64,000 bases of DNA from an uncultured Acidobacteriota bacterium (GCA_963700145.1 OY969474.1:5248001-5312000), one strand, 5' to 3'; positions 18,216-28,188 are shown, counted from the first letter of the stretch. Notes: generated by a model from the letters alone, not told the origin. Numbers and translations are program-made.

Positions 18216-18946
18216 GGCGCCGGCTCGGCGAGCGGCGGGCAGGTCGCGTCGCGCCGCCGCTCCAGGTCCTCGACGACCGCCCGCTTGAAGCCTTCGGGGC
18301 CTGCAGTCTGAATCAGCGCCTCGCGGTAGGTGTCGAGGTCGAGCGCCTCCAGGCGCATGCGGACGGTCTTGAAGAGGCGCGGCCAGCGCTCGCCCGGCGC
18401 CTGGATGTGGTGGAGGCCGCCGCTGTAGGCGAGCACCAGGCGGCCGCCGCCGATCGACTCGAGGATGTCGGCGACGCCGCCGCGCACGGTCATCGGCTGG
18501 CCTTCGACGTCGAGGCCGGTCGAGCGCTTCATGCGCCCCTCGGGGAGGATGATGACCATGGCGTCGGGGTCGATCCTGTCCAGCACCTCGTCCCAGGTCT
18601 CGTCGCGCCGCCGGGTGATCGAGATGACCTGCGCCGCGATCAGCTTGAAGAAGCCGCCGACCAGGAGCCGCCCGGCGGTCTTGTCGGCGATCGGCACCAC
18701 CCCGTGGCGGGCGATCCGCCAGAGGAAGTGGAGCGGGCAGCCGCCGGCGAAGAGCGGCTCGTAGAGGCTGGTGTGGTTGAGCACGGCCGCGAGCCGGATG
18801 TGGCGCCAGGGGTCGGGCGGGACCTCGCCGATCCACTTCATGTCGATGCGGTAGAAGAGGCGCGCGACGAGCTTGACCGTTACGAGCAGCAGGAAGACGA
18901 GGTAGGGGCGCAGCCTGCCGAAGAGGGGGGACCCGGGGCTGGTCAC
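18212..18946 (-). CDS. PlsC-like lysophospholipid acyltransferase
   Basis: NHTSLYE (HX4D/E) and ILPEGRM motifs. Confidence 0.8.
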   Translation of the reverse strand: MTSPGSPLFGRLRPYLVFLLLVTVKLVARLFYRIDMKWIGEVPPDPWRHIRLAAVLNHTSLYEPLFAGGCPLHFLWRIARHGVVPIADKTAGRLLVGGFFKLIAAQVISITRRRDETWDEVLDRIDPDAMVIILPEGRMKRSTGLDVEGQPMTVRGGVADILESIGGGRLVLAYSGGLHHIQAPGERWPRLFKTVRMRLEALDLDTYREALIQTAGPEGFKRAVVEDLERRRDATCPPLAEPAP

Positions 18947-18986
18947 GGAGGGGCGAAGGATATCCTTGATACCATCCCGCCGTCGC

Positions 18987-19886
18987 ATGGCGACCCCCCC
19001 TCAGGCCCCCGGCCCGACCCGCCCCGCCGTCTCCGCGATCGTCACCACCTTCAACGAGGAGCAGCACATCGCGGGGTGCCTGGAGTCGCTCGCCTGGTGC
19101 GACGAGGTGCTGGTCGTCGACTCCTTCTCGACCGACCGCACGCCCGAGATCGTGCGCGGCTTCGCCAACGCCCGCTGCGTTCAGCGCACTTACTTCGGCT
19201 CGGCCTCGCAGAAGAACTGGGCGATGGACCAGGTGGCGCACGCCTGGATCCTGATCTTCGACGCCGACGAGCGCTGCACGCCGGCGCTGCGGCGCGAGAT
19301 CGAGGAGCTCCTCGCCGCCGGCCCCAGCCACCACGCCTACACCATCCGCCGGCGCGTCTACTTCCTGGGCAAGGTGATCCGCTTCTCCGGCTGGCAGCAC
19401 GACCAGGTGGTGCGGCTGGTGCGCCGCGGCACGGCGCGCTACCCCAACCGCCGGGTGCACGCCGACATGATCACCCAGGGCCCCGCGCCGCGGCTGCGCC
19501 ACCCGATGGAGCACTACATGACCGACAGCCTGGACGACTACGTCCGGCGAATCGAGAAGTACAGCTTCTGGGGCGCGGCGCAGAACTGGAAGGAGGGCAA
19601 GCGCTCCGGCGCCGTCGAGGTCTTCGGGCGCTCGGCCTGGCGCTTCCTGCGCACCTACGTCTTCCAGCTCGGGATCCTCGACGGCCTGCACGGCTTGGTC
19701 TTCTGCATGCTCCAGGCGTACGGCAGCTACCTCAAGTGGGCGCTCCTCTGGGGCTGGCACGTCAACGCCCGCCGCGGCCGCCAGCCCGACCTGCCGATCT
19801 TCGACGACGACGAGACCACCTGGCGCGACCTGCCGCCCGAGGCCGCGGGCGCGGCGGCGGCCGCCGCCGATCCCGGACCAGGCTAG
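18987..19886 (+). CDS. Glycosyltransferase family 2 (WaaE/KdtX-like)
   Basis: TFNEE, VVDSFSTDRT, QKNWA, FDADE, GILDG..G. Confidence 0.92.
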   Translation: MATPPQAPGPTRPAVSAIVTTFNEEQHIAGCLESLAWCDEVLVVDSFSTDRTPEIVRGFANARCVQRTYFGSASQKNWAMDQVAHAWILIFDADERCTPALRREIEELLAAGPSHHAYTIRRRVYFLGKVIRFSGWQHDQVVRLVRRGTARYPNRRVHADMITQGPAPRLRHPMEHYMTDSLDDYVRRIEKYSFWGAAQNWKEGKRSGAVEVFGRSAWRFLRTYVFQLGILDGLHGLVFCMLQAYGSYLKWALLWGWHVNARRGRQPDLPIFDDDETTWRDLPPEAAGAAAAAADPGPG

Positions 19887-19903
19887 GCACCCCCGGAGCG
19901 CAC

Positions 19904-21346
19904 GTGCGAGCGATCACCCCCGAGCTGATCGAGACGCTGGTCCGCGGCTTCTCCCACGGCGCCGAGACCCACTACGACCCGCGCCGCGAGATCGGCACCC
20001 AGCGCGAGAGCTTCGACGGCCTCGGGTTCGGCTGGCTCTACATCGCCCTGGCGCAGATCCTGGAGGCGCGGCGGATCCTGGTCATCGGCTCGGGGCGGGG
20101 CTTCGTCGTGGCCTGCTTCGCGCTGGCGGTCGAGGACCGGCCGGAGGCCAGGGTCTGGCTCGTCGACCCCGGGTTCGCGGAGTGGCCGGTCGAGGGGGGT
20201 GTCGTCGACTCGGCGCCCGGCCTGTGGAGCGACCCGGAGCGGGCCCGCGAGCACTTCCGCCGCCACCTCGGTCTCGAGCGGATCGAGCTCGTCCCGCGCC
20301 GCTCGGACGAGGCCTTCGACGAGTTCCGCCGCGACGGGTCGACCTTCGATCTCATCCTGATCGACGGCGACCACGGCTACGAGCAGGTGCTGCGCGACCT
20401 CGAGAACGCCCTGCGCTGCCTGACGCCCGAGGGCGTCGTCCTGATGCACGACACCGCCTGCCCGCAGTGGTCGGGGCCGCCCCTCGCCCTGCGCCAGTGC
20501 CTCGGCGCGCATCCGGAGCTCGAGTCGGTCACGCTGTCGTCCTTCCCCGGCCTGTCGCTGGTCCGGCGCGCCTCCTGGCCGCTCGAGATCCGCCACGCGA
20601 CGGCCGAGGAGAACGAGCGGATCAACGTCTGGCGGGCCGCGGACGACGTCACCGAGCGCCCCCTCCCCGACGGCGACGACCCGCGTCCCGGCGAGGTCTG
20701 CGCCGACCCGCGCGAGGGCCTCTACGCGGTCCTCGAGCAGGGCGAGCTGATCGGCGGCTTCGGCATCCGCCGCCGGCGGTTCGGCGGCGGCGGCCCCGAC
20801 GACTTCTTCCCCTCCTCGCCCGCGCACGCCGCGGGTTTCCTGCGCTACGGCACGGTGCTCCGCCCCGACCTGCGCGGGCGCGGCCGCTGGCATCTGGTGG
20901 CGACCTGGGCGGCGGCGCTCTTCCGCGACGAAGGCATGTACCTGTTGACGAGCCATCCGCGCCGGGAGCGGCGGAGCGCGCCCTACGAGGTCCACGTCGT
21001 CGGGGAGATGGGGCCGTTCACCGCCTACTGGGAGCGCCTGCCGCCGGAGACGCCCTTCGCGCTCGGGCTGGACCGCCAGGTCGAGCGCCTCCGCGCCGAG
21101 CGCGACCGCGCGCGGAGCGAGGCCTCCTCCCAGTCCCGGAGCCTGGCGCTGACGCAGCGGAGCTTGGCGGCCGTGCAGCGCGACCTGGCGGTCACGCAGC
21201 GGGACCGGGAGATCGTGCAGCGGGACCTGGACGCCGCGCGGCGGGACCTCGCCCGCCTCCGCGGCTCGACGAGCTGGCGCCTGACCGCCCCCCTGCGCGC
21301 TGCGATGGATCGGCTCCGCGGGCGCGTTCCGGCCGGGCGGTCATGA
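19904..21346 (+). CDS. Class I SAM methyltransferase (Methyltransf_24-like) with extra domain and C-terminal coiled coil
   Basis: VIGSGRG, FDLILIDGDHGYE, GVVLMHD; C-terminal SWRLTAPLR. Confidence 0.8.
   Translation: MRAITPELIETLVRGFSHGAETHYDPRREIGTQRESFDGLGFGWLYIALAQILEARRILVIGSGRGFVVACFALAVEDRPEARVWLVDPGFAEWPVEGGVVDSAPGLWSDPERAREHFRRHLGLERIELVPRRSDEAFDEFRRDGSTFDLILIDGDHGYEQVLRDLENALRCLTPEGVVLMHDTACPQWSGPPLALRQCLGAHPELESVTLSSFPGLSLVRRASWPLEIRHATAEENERINVWRAADDVTERPLPDGDDPRPGEVCADPREGLYAVLEQGELIGGFGIRRRRFGGGGPDDFFPSSPAHAAGFLRYGTVLRPDLRGRGRWHLVATWAAALFRDEGMYLLTSHPRRERRSAPYEVHVVGEMGPFTAYWERLPPETPFALGLDRQVERLRAERDRARSEASSQSRSLALTQRSLAAVQRDLAVTQRDREIVQRDLDAARRDLARLRGSTSWRLTAPLRAAMDRLRGRVPAGRS
21137..21262 (+). 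repeat. Coding 21-bp (heptad) repeats forming a coiled coil
   Basis: SLALTQR SLAAVQR DLAVTQR DREIVQR DLDAARR DLARLRG. Confidence 0.75.
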
Positions 21347-22533
21347 GCGGCGCGCTCGACCCCGTGGACCTCCTGGCGCGGCTGCGCGCGCGGCAGGGGG
21401 AAATGGTGGAGCTGCTGCGGCGGCTGGCGGCGGCCGAGAGCCCGTCGCACGTGCCGGCGGCGCAGGAGCCGGTCTTCGCTCTCCTCGAGGAGGCGCTGGC
21501 GCCGGCCGGCTACCGCGTGCGGCGCCTCCCCGGGAAGGCCTCGGGCGGCCAGCTCTACGCCTCGCCGGTCCGCCGCCCGCGCGCCCGCCGCGCCCAGCTC
21601 CTCCTCGGCCACTGCGACACCGTCTGGCCGCTCGGCAGCCTCGCCACGATGCCGGTGGCGCTCGCCGACGGCCGCCTCACCGGCCCCGGTGTCTACGACA
21701 TGAAGGCCGGCCTGGTGCAGGGGGTCTTCGCGCTCCGCGCTCTCGCCGAGCAGGGGCTCGAGCCGCCGCTCGCGCCCGTCCTCTTCGTCAGCTCCGACGA
21801 GGAGGTGGGGAGCGAGGAGTCCACCGCCCGCATCGAGCGGCTGGCCCATCGGGTGGCGCGGGTCTTCGTGCTCGAGCCGTCGCTCGAGCCCGGGGGGCGC
21901 CTCAAGACCGAGCGCAAGGGGAACGCCCGCTTCACCGTCACCGCGCACGGCAAAGCCGCCCACGCCGGCCTCGAGCCGGAGAAGGGGGCGAGCGCCGTCC
22001 TCGAGCTGGCGCACCAGGTGATCCGGCTCCACGCCCTCGGCGACCCGGCGAAGGGGACGACCGTGACGGTCGGGATCTTCGAAGGCGGAATCCGCCGCAA
22101 CGTCGTGCCGCCGGAGGCCAAGGCGGTGGTGGACGTGCGGATGCTGCGGCTCGCCGACTTCGCGGCGCTGGAGCGGGCGATCCGCGGGCTCGTGCCGGCG
22201 ATCCCCGGGACGCGGCTGGAGGTCGAAGGCGGGATCGACCGGCCGCCGCTCGAGCGGACGGCCGGGAACCGCGTCCTCTGGCGGCAGGCACAGGCGGTGG
22301 CGGCGCGGCTGGGGCTCGATCTCCAGGAGGGCACCGCCGGCGGCGCCTCGGACGGCAACACGACGAGCGCCTTCGCGCCGACGCTCGACGGCCTCGGCCC
22401 GGTCGGCGACGGCGCCCACGCCGCGCACGAGTTCGTCTGGGTGGACCGCATGCCGGAGCGCGCGGCGCTGCTGGCGGGGCTGATGATGGAGCCGGAGGCG
22501 CCGGCATCCTCAGCGGCGCCTACGTCATCCTGA
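21343..22533 (+). CDS. M20 family metallopeptidase (glutamate carboxypeptidase-like)
   Basis: GHCDTV, GPGVYDMKAG, SDEEVGS, GKAAHAG, GGASDGN, GAHAAHE. Confidence 0.93.
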   Translation: MSGALDPVDLLARLRARQGEMVELLRRLAAAESPSHVPAAQEPVFALLEEALAPAGYRVRRLPGKASGGQLYASPVRRPRARRAQLLLGHCDTVWPLGSLATMPVALADGRLTGPGVYDMKAGLVQGVFALRALAEQGLEPPLAPVLFVSSDEEVGSEESTARIERLAHRVARVFVLEPSLEPGGRLKTERKGNARFTVTAHGKAAHAGLEPEKGASAVLELAHQVIRLHALGDPAKGTTVTVGIFEGGIRRNVVPPEAKAVVDVRMLRLADFAALERAIRGLVPAIPGTRLEVEGGIDRPPLERTAGNRVLWRQAQAVAARLGLDLQEGTAGGASDGNTTSAFAPTLDGLGPVGDGAHAAHEFVWVDRMPERAALLAGLMMEPEAPASSAAPTSS

Positions 22534-22550
22534 GCGTAGCGAAGGATCTG
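22524..22550 (+). repeat. Single arm of a REP-like palindromic element
   Basis: GTCATCCTGAGCGTAGCGAAGGATCTG resembles a dispersed REP-like motif; it supplies the M20 stop codon. Confidence 0.55.
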
Positions 22551-22580
22551 GGTGGGGGCCGGTTGGCATGGGGCGTGCCT

Positions 22581-23288
22581 GTGCGGAACAGCGTGAAAGC
22601 CGCCGTCCTACTGGCCATGACCTTGGCGTGTGCCGCCGGCCCGATAGCCGCCGCCTCGCCCTCGCGCGGCTCGTCCGCGTCGCTCTCGGCGAGCGAGCGG
22701 AAGGCCGCCGAGCGCCGCCTGGTCGAGCTCGGCTACTGGGCCGGCCCGGTCGACGGCGTCTGGGACGAGTCCTCGCGCCAGGCGCTGGTCGCCTTCCAGA
22801 AGCTGGAGGGGCGGACCGCCACCGGGCGCCTCACCCGCGGCGATTGGCAGGCGCTCCAGGCCGCGGTGCCGCCCGTGCCGCGCGACAGCGCCGGCAATCA
22901 CCTGGAGGTGGACCTCGACCGGCAGGTGCTGCTCCTGGTGGACCACGAGGGGCGGGTGGGGAACGTCCTGCCGATCTCCTCGGGCACCGGCAAGCCCTTC
23001 TACGAAAAGCGCTGGGGGCGCGGCGTGGCGGTCACCCCCTGCGGCCGCTTCACCGTCTACCAGAAGCGGACCGGCTGGCACGAGAGCCTGCTCGGCATGA
23101 TGCACAACCCCATGTACCTGGTCGGCGGCATCGCCATCCACGGCAGCCACGACGTCCCGCCCCGCCCCGCGAGCCACGGCTGCATCCGCATCCCGATGTT
23201 CGCCTCCCAGCGGCTGACCCGCATGGTGCCGCTCGACACCCCGGTGTGGGTCTACGGCTGCGCGGACGAGAAGCGCGCGAAAAACTGA
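22581..23288 (+). CDS. L,D-transpeptidase (YkuD) with peptidoglycan-binding domain
   Basis: LGY..GPVDG..AFQK; IAIHGS..ASHGCIR; start codon uncertain. Confidence 0.9.
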   Translation: MRNSVKAAVLLAMTLACAAGPIAAASPSRGSSASLSASERKAAERRLVELGYWAGPVDGVWDESSRQALVAFQKLEGRTATGRLTRGDWQALQAAVPPVPRDSAGNHLEVDLDRQVLLLVDHEGRVGNVLPISSGTGKPFYEKRWGRGVAVTPCGRFTVYQKRTGWHESLLGMMHNPMYLVGGIAIHGSHDVPPRPASHGCIRIPMFASQRLTRMVPLDTPVWVYGCADEKRAKN

Positions 23289-25028
23289 TCAGCCGCGCAG
23301 CGCGGCGGCGAAGATCCCCGGGAGCGCGAGCGGCGAGGGGTGCGCCTCGAAGCGGGTGAGGCGGGGGAAGAGCTCGTGCTGGCGGCGGTGGGTGATGAGC
23401 CAGGGGGGCTTGGGGAAGCCGCGAAAGGGCCCGCGCACGACGCTCTTCTCGACCCGCGAGAACATCAGCGTGTTGTGCACGACGCCGGTGCCGGACTGGA
23501 TGTCGCGCGCGGTGTGGCCGGGGTAGGCGCCCCAGGGGGGCGCGACCAGGGCGTAGCCCACCGCCGCCCAGTGGTTGAGCGAGACGGTGCCGTAGCGCAG
23601 GCCGGCGACCGCCCGGTCGAGCGCGTCGGCCATGCCCGGCTCCCTGAGGGTCGCGGGGTGGACGATGACCGTCGCGTTGAGCGTCCCCCAGAGCCGCTCG
23701 TTGCAGAAGGCGACCGCCCGCTCCAGGAACTCGGCCGCGCCGCCCGCCGGCAGCGCCGTCTCGCCGGCCAGGCCGCAGAAGGCCTCGGTGGTGAAGCAGA
23801 TCTCGTCGCGGCGCTCGGGGTCGAGGCCGGAGATGAGCGCCCAAGGGAGCCGCCCCTCGCCCTCCTTCCCGAACCGCTCGGCCTCCGGGTGCTCGCCGAC
23901 GAAAGTCCGCCAGCGCTCCGCCGCGCCGGGGTACCAGGCGCGGCGCGCCGGGGTGCTGGCGAGGAGGGCGCGCACGGCGTCGAGGAGCCGCCCGCGCCCC
24001 TCCCAATCGGCGTGCTGCACGACGACGCGCAGGGCGTTGCAGTTGAAGCCGGCGTTGGTAGCCAGCATCGTCGCCAGGTACTCGGCCTGGTAGGCGTGGT
24101 CGGCGTCGCTCCAGGGGCCGGGGACGACGATCACCGGGCTGACGTTTCCCAGCTCCGCGGTCACCGGTTTTTCGAGGAGCGGCGCGCCGCGCCGCTTGCG
24201 CTCCTCCCCTTCGGTGCCCGGCCCGAAGACGATCGCCTCGTAGGTGCGGTCCGAGCCGGTGATGTGGATCTCCTCGATCCCGGGGTGCCGGCAGAGGTAG
24301 GCTCCCTCGTCGGCGCCGCCGTGCACCAGCCGGAAGAAGCCGCGCTCGACGAGCGGCCGGAAGCCCTCTTCGAGGAGCGCCCCGAGGTGGGCGTTGGCGG
24401 GGTTGGTCTTGTAGACCACCACCCGGTCCTCGACGAACAGCTTGTAGAGCGCGTCCATCGGTCCGATCGAGGAGACGTTGCCGGCGCCGAGCACCAGGAC
24501 CACGCCCCCCGGCCGCTCCGCCGCGTGGTAGGCGACCGCCTGGGTCTCCGGCACCTCGGCCGCCGTGACGCCGGGCTGCATCCAGACCTCGGCGCGGACG
24601 CCGCCGTAGAGCAGGCGGTCCCAGACGTCGAGCGGGACGATGCCGGCGACGGCGCGGCTGTCGGGCCGGGTCCACACCCCGCCCGGGATGCGCGGCCGGC
24701 CGTGGCGCTCGATCTCCGCCAGCGACCGGGCGAGGAGCCGCAGGTTGCGCAGCACGAGCAGCGGCCCCATGAGCCACTCGACGCCGGTCGGCGGCGAGCC
24801 CGGCGCGAGCCCGGAGGCCGCCGAGGCGGCAGCGGCCCAGCGCTCCGCCACCGGCAGGAAGCTGCGGCGGAGCTCTTCGAGGAGGGCCCGCCGCTCGGCG
24901 ACGCCCACCCGCGGCCAGGCGGCCTTCTGGGCCTGGACGTCGGCGACGGCGCGGTCGAGCGCGGCGCGCGGGGTGGGCGCGGGGATGGGGGGCGCGGTCG
25001 GGGGAACGAGCGGTGTGGCGAGGGTCAT
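23289..25028 (-). CDS. Aldehyde dehydrogenase family protein
   Basis: LGAGN, HITGS, AELGNVSP, NAGFNC, EAFC. Confidence 0.88.
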   Translation of the reverse strand: MTLATPLVPPTAPPIPAPTPRAALDRAVADVQAQKAAWPRVGVAERRALLEELRRSFLPVAERWAAAASAASGLAPGSPPTGVEWLMGPLLVLRNLRLLARSLAEIERHGRPRIPGGVWTRPDSRAVAGIVPLDVWDRLLYGGVRAEVWMQPGVTAAEVPETQAVAYHAAERPGGVVLVLGAGNVSSIGPMDALYKLFVEDRVVVYKTNPANAHLGALLEEGFRPLVERGFFRLVHGGADEGAYLCRHPGIEEIHITGSDRTYEAIVFGPGTEGEERKRRGAPLLEKPVTAELGNVSPVIVVPGPWSDADHAYQAEYLATMLATNAGFNCNALRVVVQHADWEGRGRLLDAVRALLASTPARRAWYPGAAERWRTFVGEHPEAERFGKEGEGRLPWALISGLDPERRDEICFTTEAFCGLAGETALPAGGAAEFLERAVAFCNERLWGTLNATVIVHPATLREPGMADALDRAVAGLRYGTVSLNHWAAVGYALVAPPWGAYPGHTARDIQSGTGVVHNTLMFSRVEKSVVRGPFRGFPKPPWLITHRRQHELFPRLTRFEAHPSPLALPGIFAAALRG

Positions 25029-25071
25029 GACGTGCAGGAGTTGCTGAACCTACCAGAAGACCTTGATCTGA

Positions 25072-26571
25072 TTGATACTCTCTCCCCGCTTGCCCCGCCT
25101 TCTAGCCGCCGCCTGTCTGGCCTTCGCCGCCGTGGCGGGCACCCTCCGCCTCCGCGCCTACGACACCTTCTGGCACCTGGCCGCCGGGCGGTGGATCTTG
25201 GAGCACGGCCGGGTGCCGCGGGTCGATCCCTTCCGGTTCACGTCCGAGAGCACGCCGTGGGTGGACCATGAATGGTTGTTTCAAGTGGGGATCGCGGCGC
25301 TGGAGCGGGTGGGCGGGCTGCCGGCGCTGGTGGTGGCGCGGACGCTCCTGGTCGTCGGGATCGCGGCACTTCTCCTCCGCGAGCTGCGGCGCGCCGGGGC
25401 GCCGCTCGCGGGGGCGGTGCTCGTGGTGGTCGTCGCCGTGCTCGGCGCGCGCGGGCGCTTCTTCCTGCGGCCGGAGCTGGCAAGCCTTGCGGGCGTCGTG
25501 CTGCTGCTGGCGTTCCTCCAGCGGTTGCGCCGGCGGGGGAGCGCCGGCTGGCGCGACGCGCTTCTCCTCGCCGGCCTCGTCGCGGTGTGGGTGAACCTCC
25601 ACCCCGGCGCGCTACTGGCGCCGCCCCTCGTCGCCGTCTACCTCCTCGGCGCGCGCTTCCCCTGGCGGGCCGCGCTCGGGCTGCCGGCGGTTGCCGCCCT
25701 CGCCCTCCTCGCCAACCCCTACGGCGCGAGGGTCTTCTCCGTCCCCTTCGGCATCGCCGCCGGCCTGCGCGGCCTGCCGGCCGTCAACCCGGAGTGGCTG
25801 CCCGTCTGGCGGGCGCCGCTGCCCTACCTGCTCTTTGGCGCGGCGGCGCTCGCCGCCCTCGCGGCGATCACCGCCGCGCGCACGCGCCGGCTCGACGCGG
25901 CGACCGGGCTCGTCACGCTCCTCCTCGCCGCCCTCGCCGCGACCGCCGTCCGCCATCAGGGGCTCTTCTTCCTCGGCGCCGCGTTCTTCGCCGGGGAGTG
26001 CCTCGCCGACCTGCGGCGCGCGGCGCCGTCACCGCGGCGCGCGCGCCCGGTCCTCTGGCAGGCCGCCGCCCTCGCCGCCTGCGTCCTCGCCGCCGCCTGG
26101 TGCGTCCGGCCGCCGGCTTCGGGTCCGCTGCGGCCGCGCCAGGGGCGCCTCGTGCCGGGGCTCGGCCTCGAGCCGGGGCGGTTTCCCGAGAAGGCCGTGG
26201 ACGTCCTCGAGCGCCGCCGCGGCGTCGGCAACCTCTACAACGACGTGGCCTTCGGGGGATACCTGCTCTGGCGGCTCTACCCGCCGCGGAAAGTGTTCAT
26301 CGACGCGCGCAACGAGGTCCGCCCCGACCTGCTGCACGAGGTGGCGCGGGCCCGCGCCGACGAGCGCGCGTGGCAGGAGCTGCTCGACCGCTACGCCATC
26401 GACGCCGCGTTGGTGCGCAACGACCGCCGCCTGCGCCCGCTCGTCACCTTCGACGAGGCCGGCCGGCCGGTGCGCGTCGAGTACCACACCGCCACCGACC
26501 TCCTCTTCCCGCCCGACCGCTTCGCCAAGGTCTACGAGGACGACCTGGCGGTGCTCTTCGAGCGGCGCTGA
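25072..26571 (+). CDS. Multi-TM membrane protein, possible GT-C glycosyltransferase
   Basis: DTFWHLAAGRWI..DPF.FT..PWVDHEWL, RPEL, WVNLH, NPYG, GGYLLW..FIDAR. Confidence 0.7.
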   Translation: MILSPRLPRLLAAACLAFAAVAGTLRLRAYDTFWHLAAGRWILEHGRVPRVDPFRFTSESTPWVDHEWLFQVGIAALERVGGLPALVVARTLLVVGIAALLLRELRRAGAPLAGAVLVVVVAVLGARGRFFLRPELASLAGVVLLLAFLQRLRRRGSAGWRDALLLAGLVAVWVNLHPGALLAPPLVAVYLLGARFPWRAALGLPAVAALALLANPYGARVFSVPFGIAAGLRGLPAVNPEWLPVWRAPLPYLLFGAAALAALAAITAARTRRLDAATGLVTLLLAALAATAVRHQGLFFLGAAFFAGECLADLRRAAPSPRRARPVLWQAAALAACVLAAAWCVRPPASGPLRPRQGRLVPGLGLEPGRFPEKAVDVLERRRGVGNLYNDVAFGGYLLWRLYPPRKVFIDARNEVRPDLLHEVARARADERAWQELLDRYAIDAALVRNDRRLRPLVTFDEAGRPVRVEYHTATDLLFPPDRFAKVYEDDLAVLFERR

Positions 26572-26576
26572 GCCCG

Positions 26577-26607
26577 AAGAGAAAACGCCCGGGACGTGGC
26601 CCGGGCG
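26577..26607 (-). terminator. Intrinsic terminator after pspC
   Basis: Hairpin CGCCCGGG-6nt-CCCGGGCG followed by TTTTCTCTT on the minus strand. Confidence 0.7.
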
Positions 26608-26814
26608 CTACGCCGCCGCGGCCGGTTCTTGCGGCGTCTTGCGCAGGACGATCCAGAGCAGGATGTAGACGATCGTCCCCGGGAACCCCGCCGAGCAGAG
26701 GGAGAGCAGGACGTAGAGGATCCGCACCGTCGTCGGCCTCCAGCCCAGCCAGTCGGCGATCCCGCCGCAGACTCCGCCGAGGATCTTGTGTCGTCGTGAA
26801 CGATGGAGCGGCAT
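26608..26814 (-). CDS. pspC: PspC domain protein
   Basis: LHRSRRHKILGGVCGGIADWLG..VRILYV..YILLWIV. Confidence 0.9.
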   Translation of the reverse strand: MPLHRSRRHKILGGVCGGIADWLGWRPTTVRILYVLLSLCSAGFPGTIVYILLWIVLRKTPQEPAAAA

Positions 26815-26841
26815 CGGAACCTCCTCTCGCTCCCGGCGAGC

Positions 26842-28188
26842 CTAGGCCTCGGCCGGCACGGCCGGGACCTCTTCCTCGCGAATGCGCCGGCGGACGAGCG
26901 GCAGCAGGGCGAGCCCGGGCAGCGCCAGGAGAGCGGTGATCAGGAAGTAGGTGTCGTAGCCGAGCCGCTCGACGCCGATGCCGGAGAACGCCCCCGCCAC
27001 GTCGCGCCCAAGCGAGAAGGTGGCGGTGAGGAGAGCGAACTGCGTCGCCGCGTGCTCGCGGTCGCAGAGGTTCATCAGGAAGGAGAGGAAGGCCGCGGTG
27101 CCCAGCCCCTGGGTGAACGACTCGATGACCGAGGCGCCGTAGATGCTCTGGCGCGGCAGGTCGAAGGCCGCCACCGCCACGTAGCCGAAGTTCGAGACCA
27201 GTTGCGCGACACCGAACCAGAGCAGGGCGCGGAAGATGCCCTTTCGCTTGATGTACCAGCCCCCGAGGAGGGCGCCGGCGATGGTGAGCGCCACGCCGAG
27301 GGTCGAGGAGATCCAGCCGATCTCCTGCGGGCTGAGCCCCTTGTCCACCCAGAAGGGCTCGATCATCCGCCCCATCGAGTTGTCGCCGAGCTTGTAGAGG
27401 AGGCCGAAGAGGAGCACCGGCACCATCTCGGCGCGCAGCGCCCAGCGCAGGACGGTGGCGTCGAGGAAGGAGGCGACGAGGAGGGTCGCGGCGACGACAG
27501 CGAGGGTGATCCAGAGCGCCCCCCAGTCCTTCAGGTAGGCCATGTAGAGCAGCGCGGCGCTGAGCACGAGGAGGACCAGGCGTGCGGTCCAGAACTCGCT
27601 CGCCTGGCGCGCGGTCGGCGCGGGGCGCTCGCGCGGCACCCGCGGCGAGAGGAAGGCGACGACCGCCATCGCCACGAAGAGGACGGCGGCGCCGAGCCAG
27701 AGCAGCCGCCAGGGGAAGTAGTCGGCGAGGATCAGCATCAGCCCGCCGCTCGCCAGGAGGGCGGCGCGGTAGGCGGCCACCCGTGCGCCGTTGATCGGGC
27801 CGCTGTCGGCGGGGGTGGCCACGTCCACGGCGTAGCCGTCGATCGCGATGTCCTGGGTCGCCGAAGCGAGGGTGAAGGCGAGGAGGACGACCCACAGCCG
27901 CCAGTCGGTCTGCGACGGGTCGAGGACGAGCAGCGCCACGGTGATGCCGACGAGGGCCATCTCGGCCGCGGCGATCCAGGTCTGGCGCGTGCCGTAGCGG
28001 TCGACGAACGGCGCCCAGGCCGCCTTGATCGTGTAGGGGAGGAAGAGCAGCGACATCAGGCCGATGTCGCGCAGCTCGACGCCGTGCAGCCGGAAGTAGA
28101 CCGGCCAGACCTTGTAGGCAATGCCGAAGGGGAAGCCTTCGGCGAAGTAGAGCAGCGAGATCCAGTAGAGCTTGCGCCGCAGGTCCAT
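26842..28188 (-). CDS. ampG: AmpG-like MFS transporter
   Basis: LYFAEGFPFG, K..WAPFVD, SATQDIAIDGY, YKLGD, ATQFALLT. Confidence 0.85.
   Translation of the reverse strand: MDLRRKLYWISLLYFAEGFPFGIAYKVWPVYFRLHGVELRDIGLMSLLFLPYTIKAAWAPFVDRYGTRQTWIAAAEMALVGITVALLVLDPSQTDWRLWVVLLAFTLASATQDIAIDGYAVDVATPADSGPINGARVAAYRAALLASGGLMLILADYFPWRLLWLGAAVLFVAMAVVAFLSPRVPRERPAPTARQASEFWTARLVLLVLSAALLYMAYLKDWGALWITLAVVAATLLVASFLDATVLRWALRAEMVPVLLFGLLYKLGDNSMGRMIEPFWVDKGLSPQEIGWISSTLGVALTIAGALLGGWYIKRKGIFRALLWFGVAQLVSNFGYVAVAAFDLPRQSIYGASVIESFTQGLGTAAFLSFLMNLCDREHAATQFALLTATFSLGRDVAGAFSGIGVERLGYDTYFLITALLALPGLALLPLVRRRIREEEVPAVPAEA

Noticed and set aside
17223-21346. 845-aa and 979-aa giant ORFs in the track
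   Set aside because: High-GC upstream read-through; the real genes start at about 18215 (minus) and 19904 (plus)
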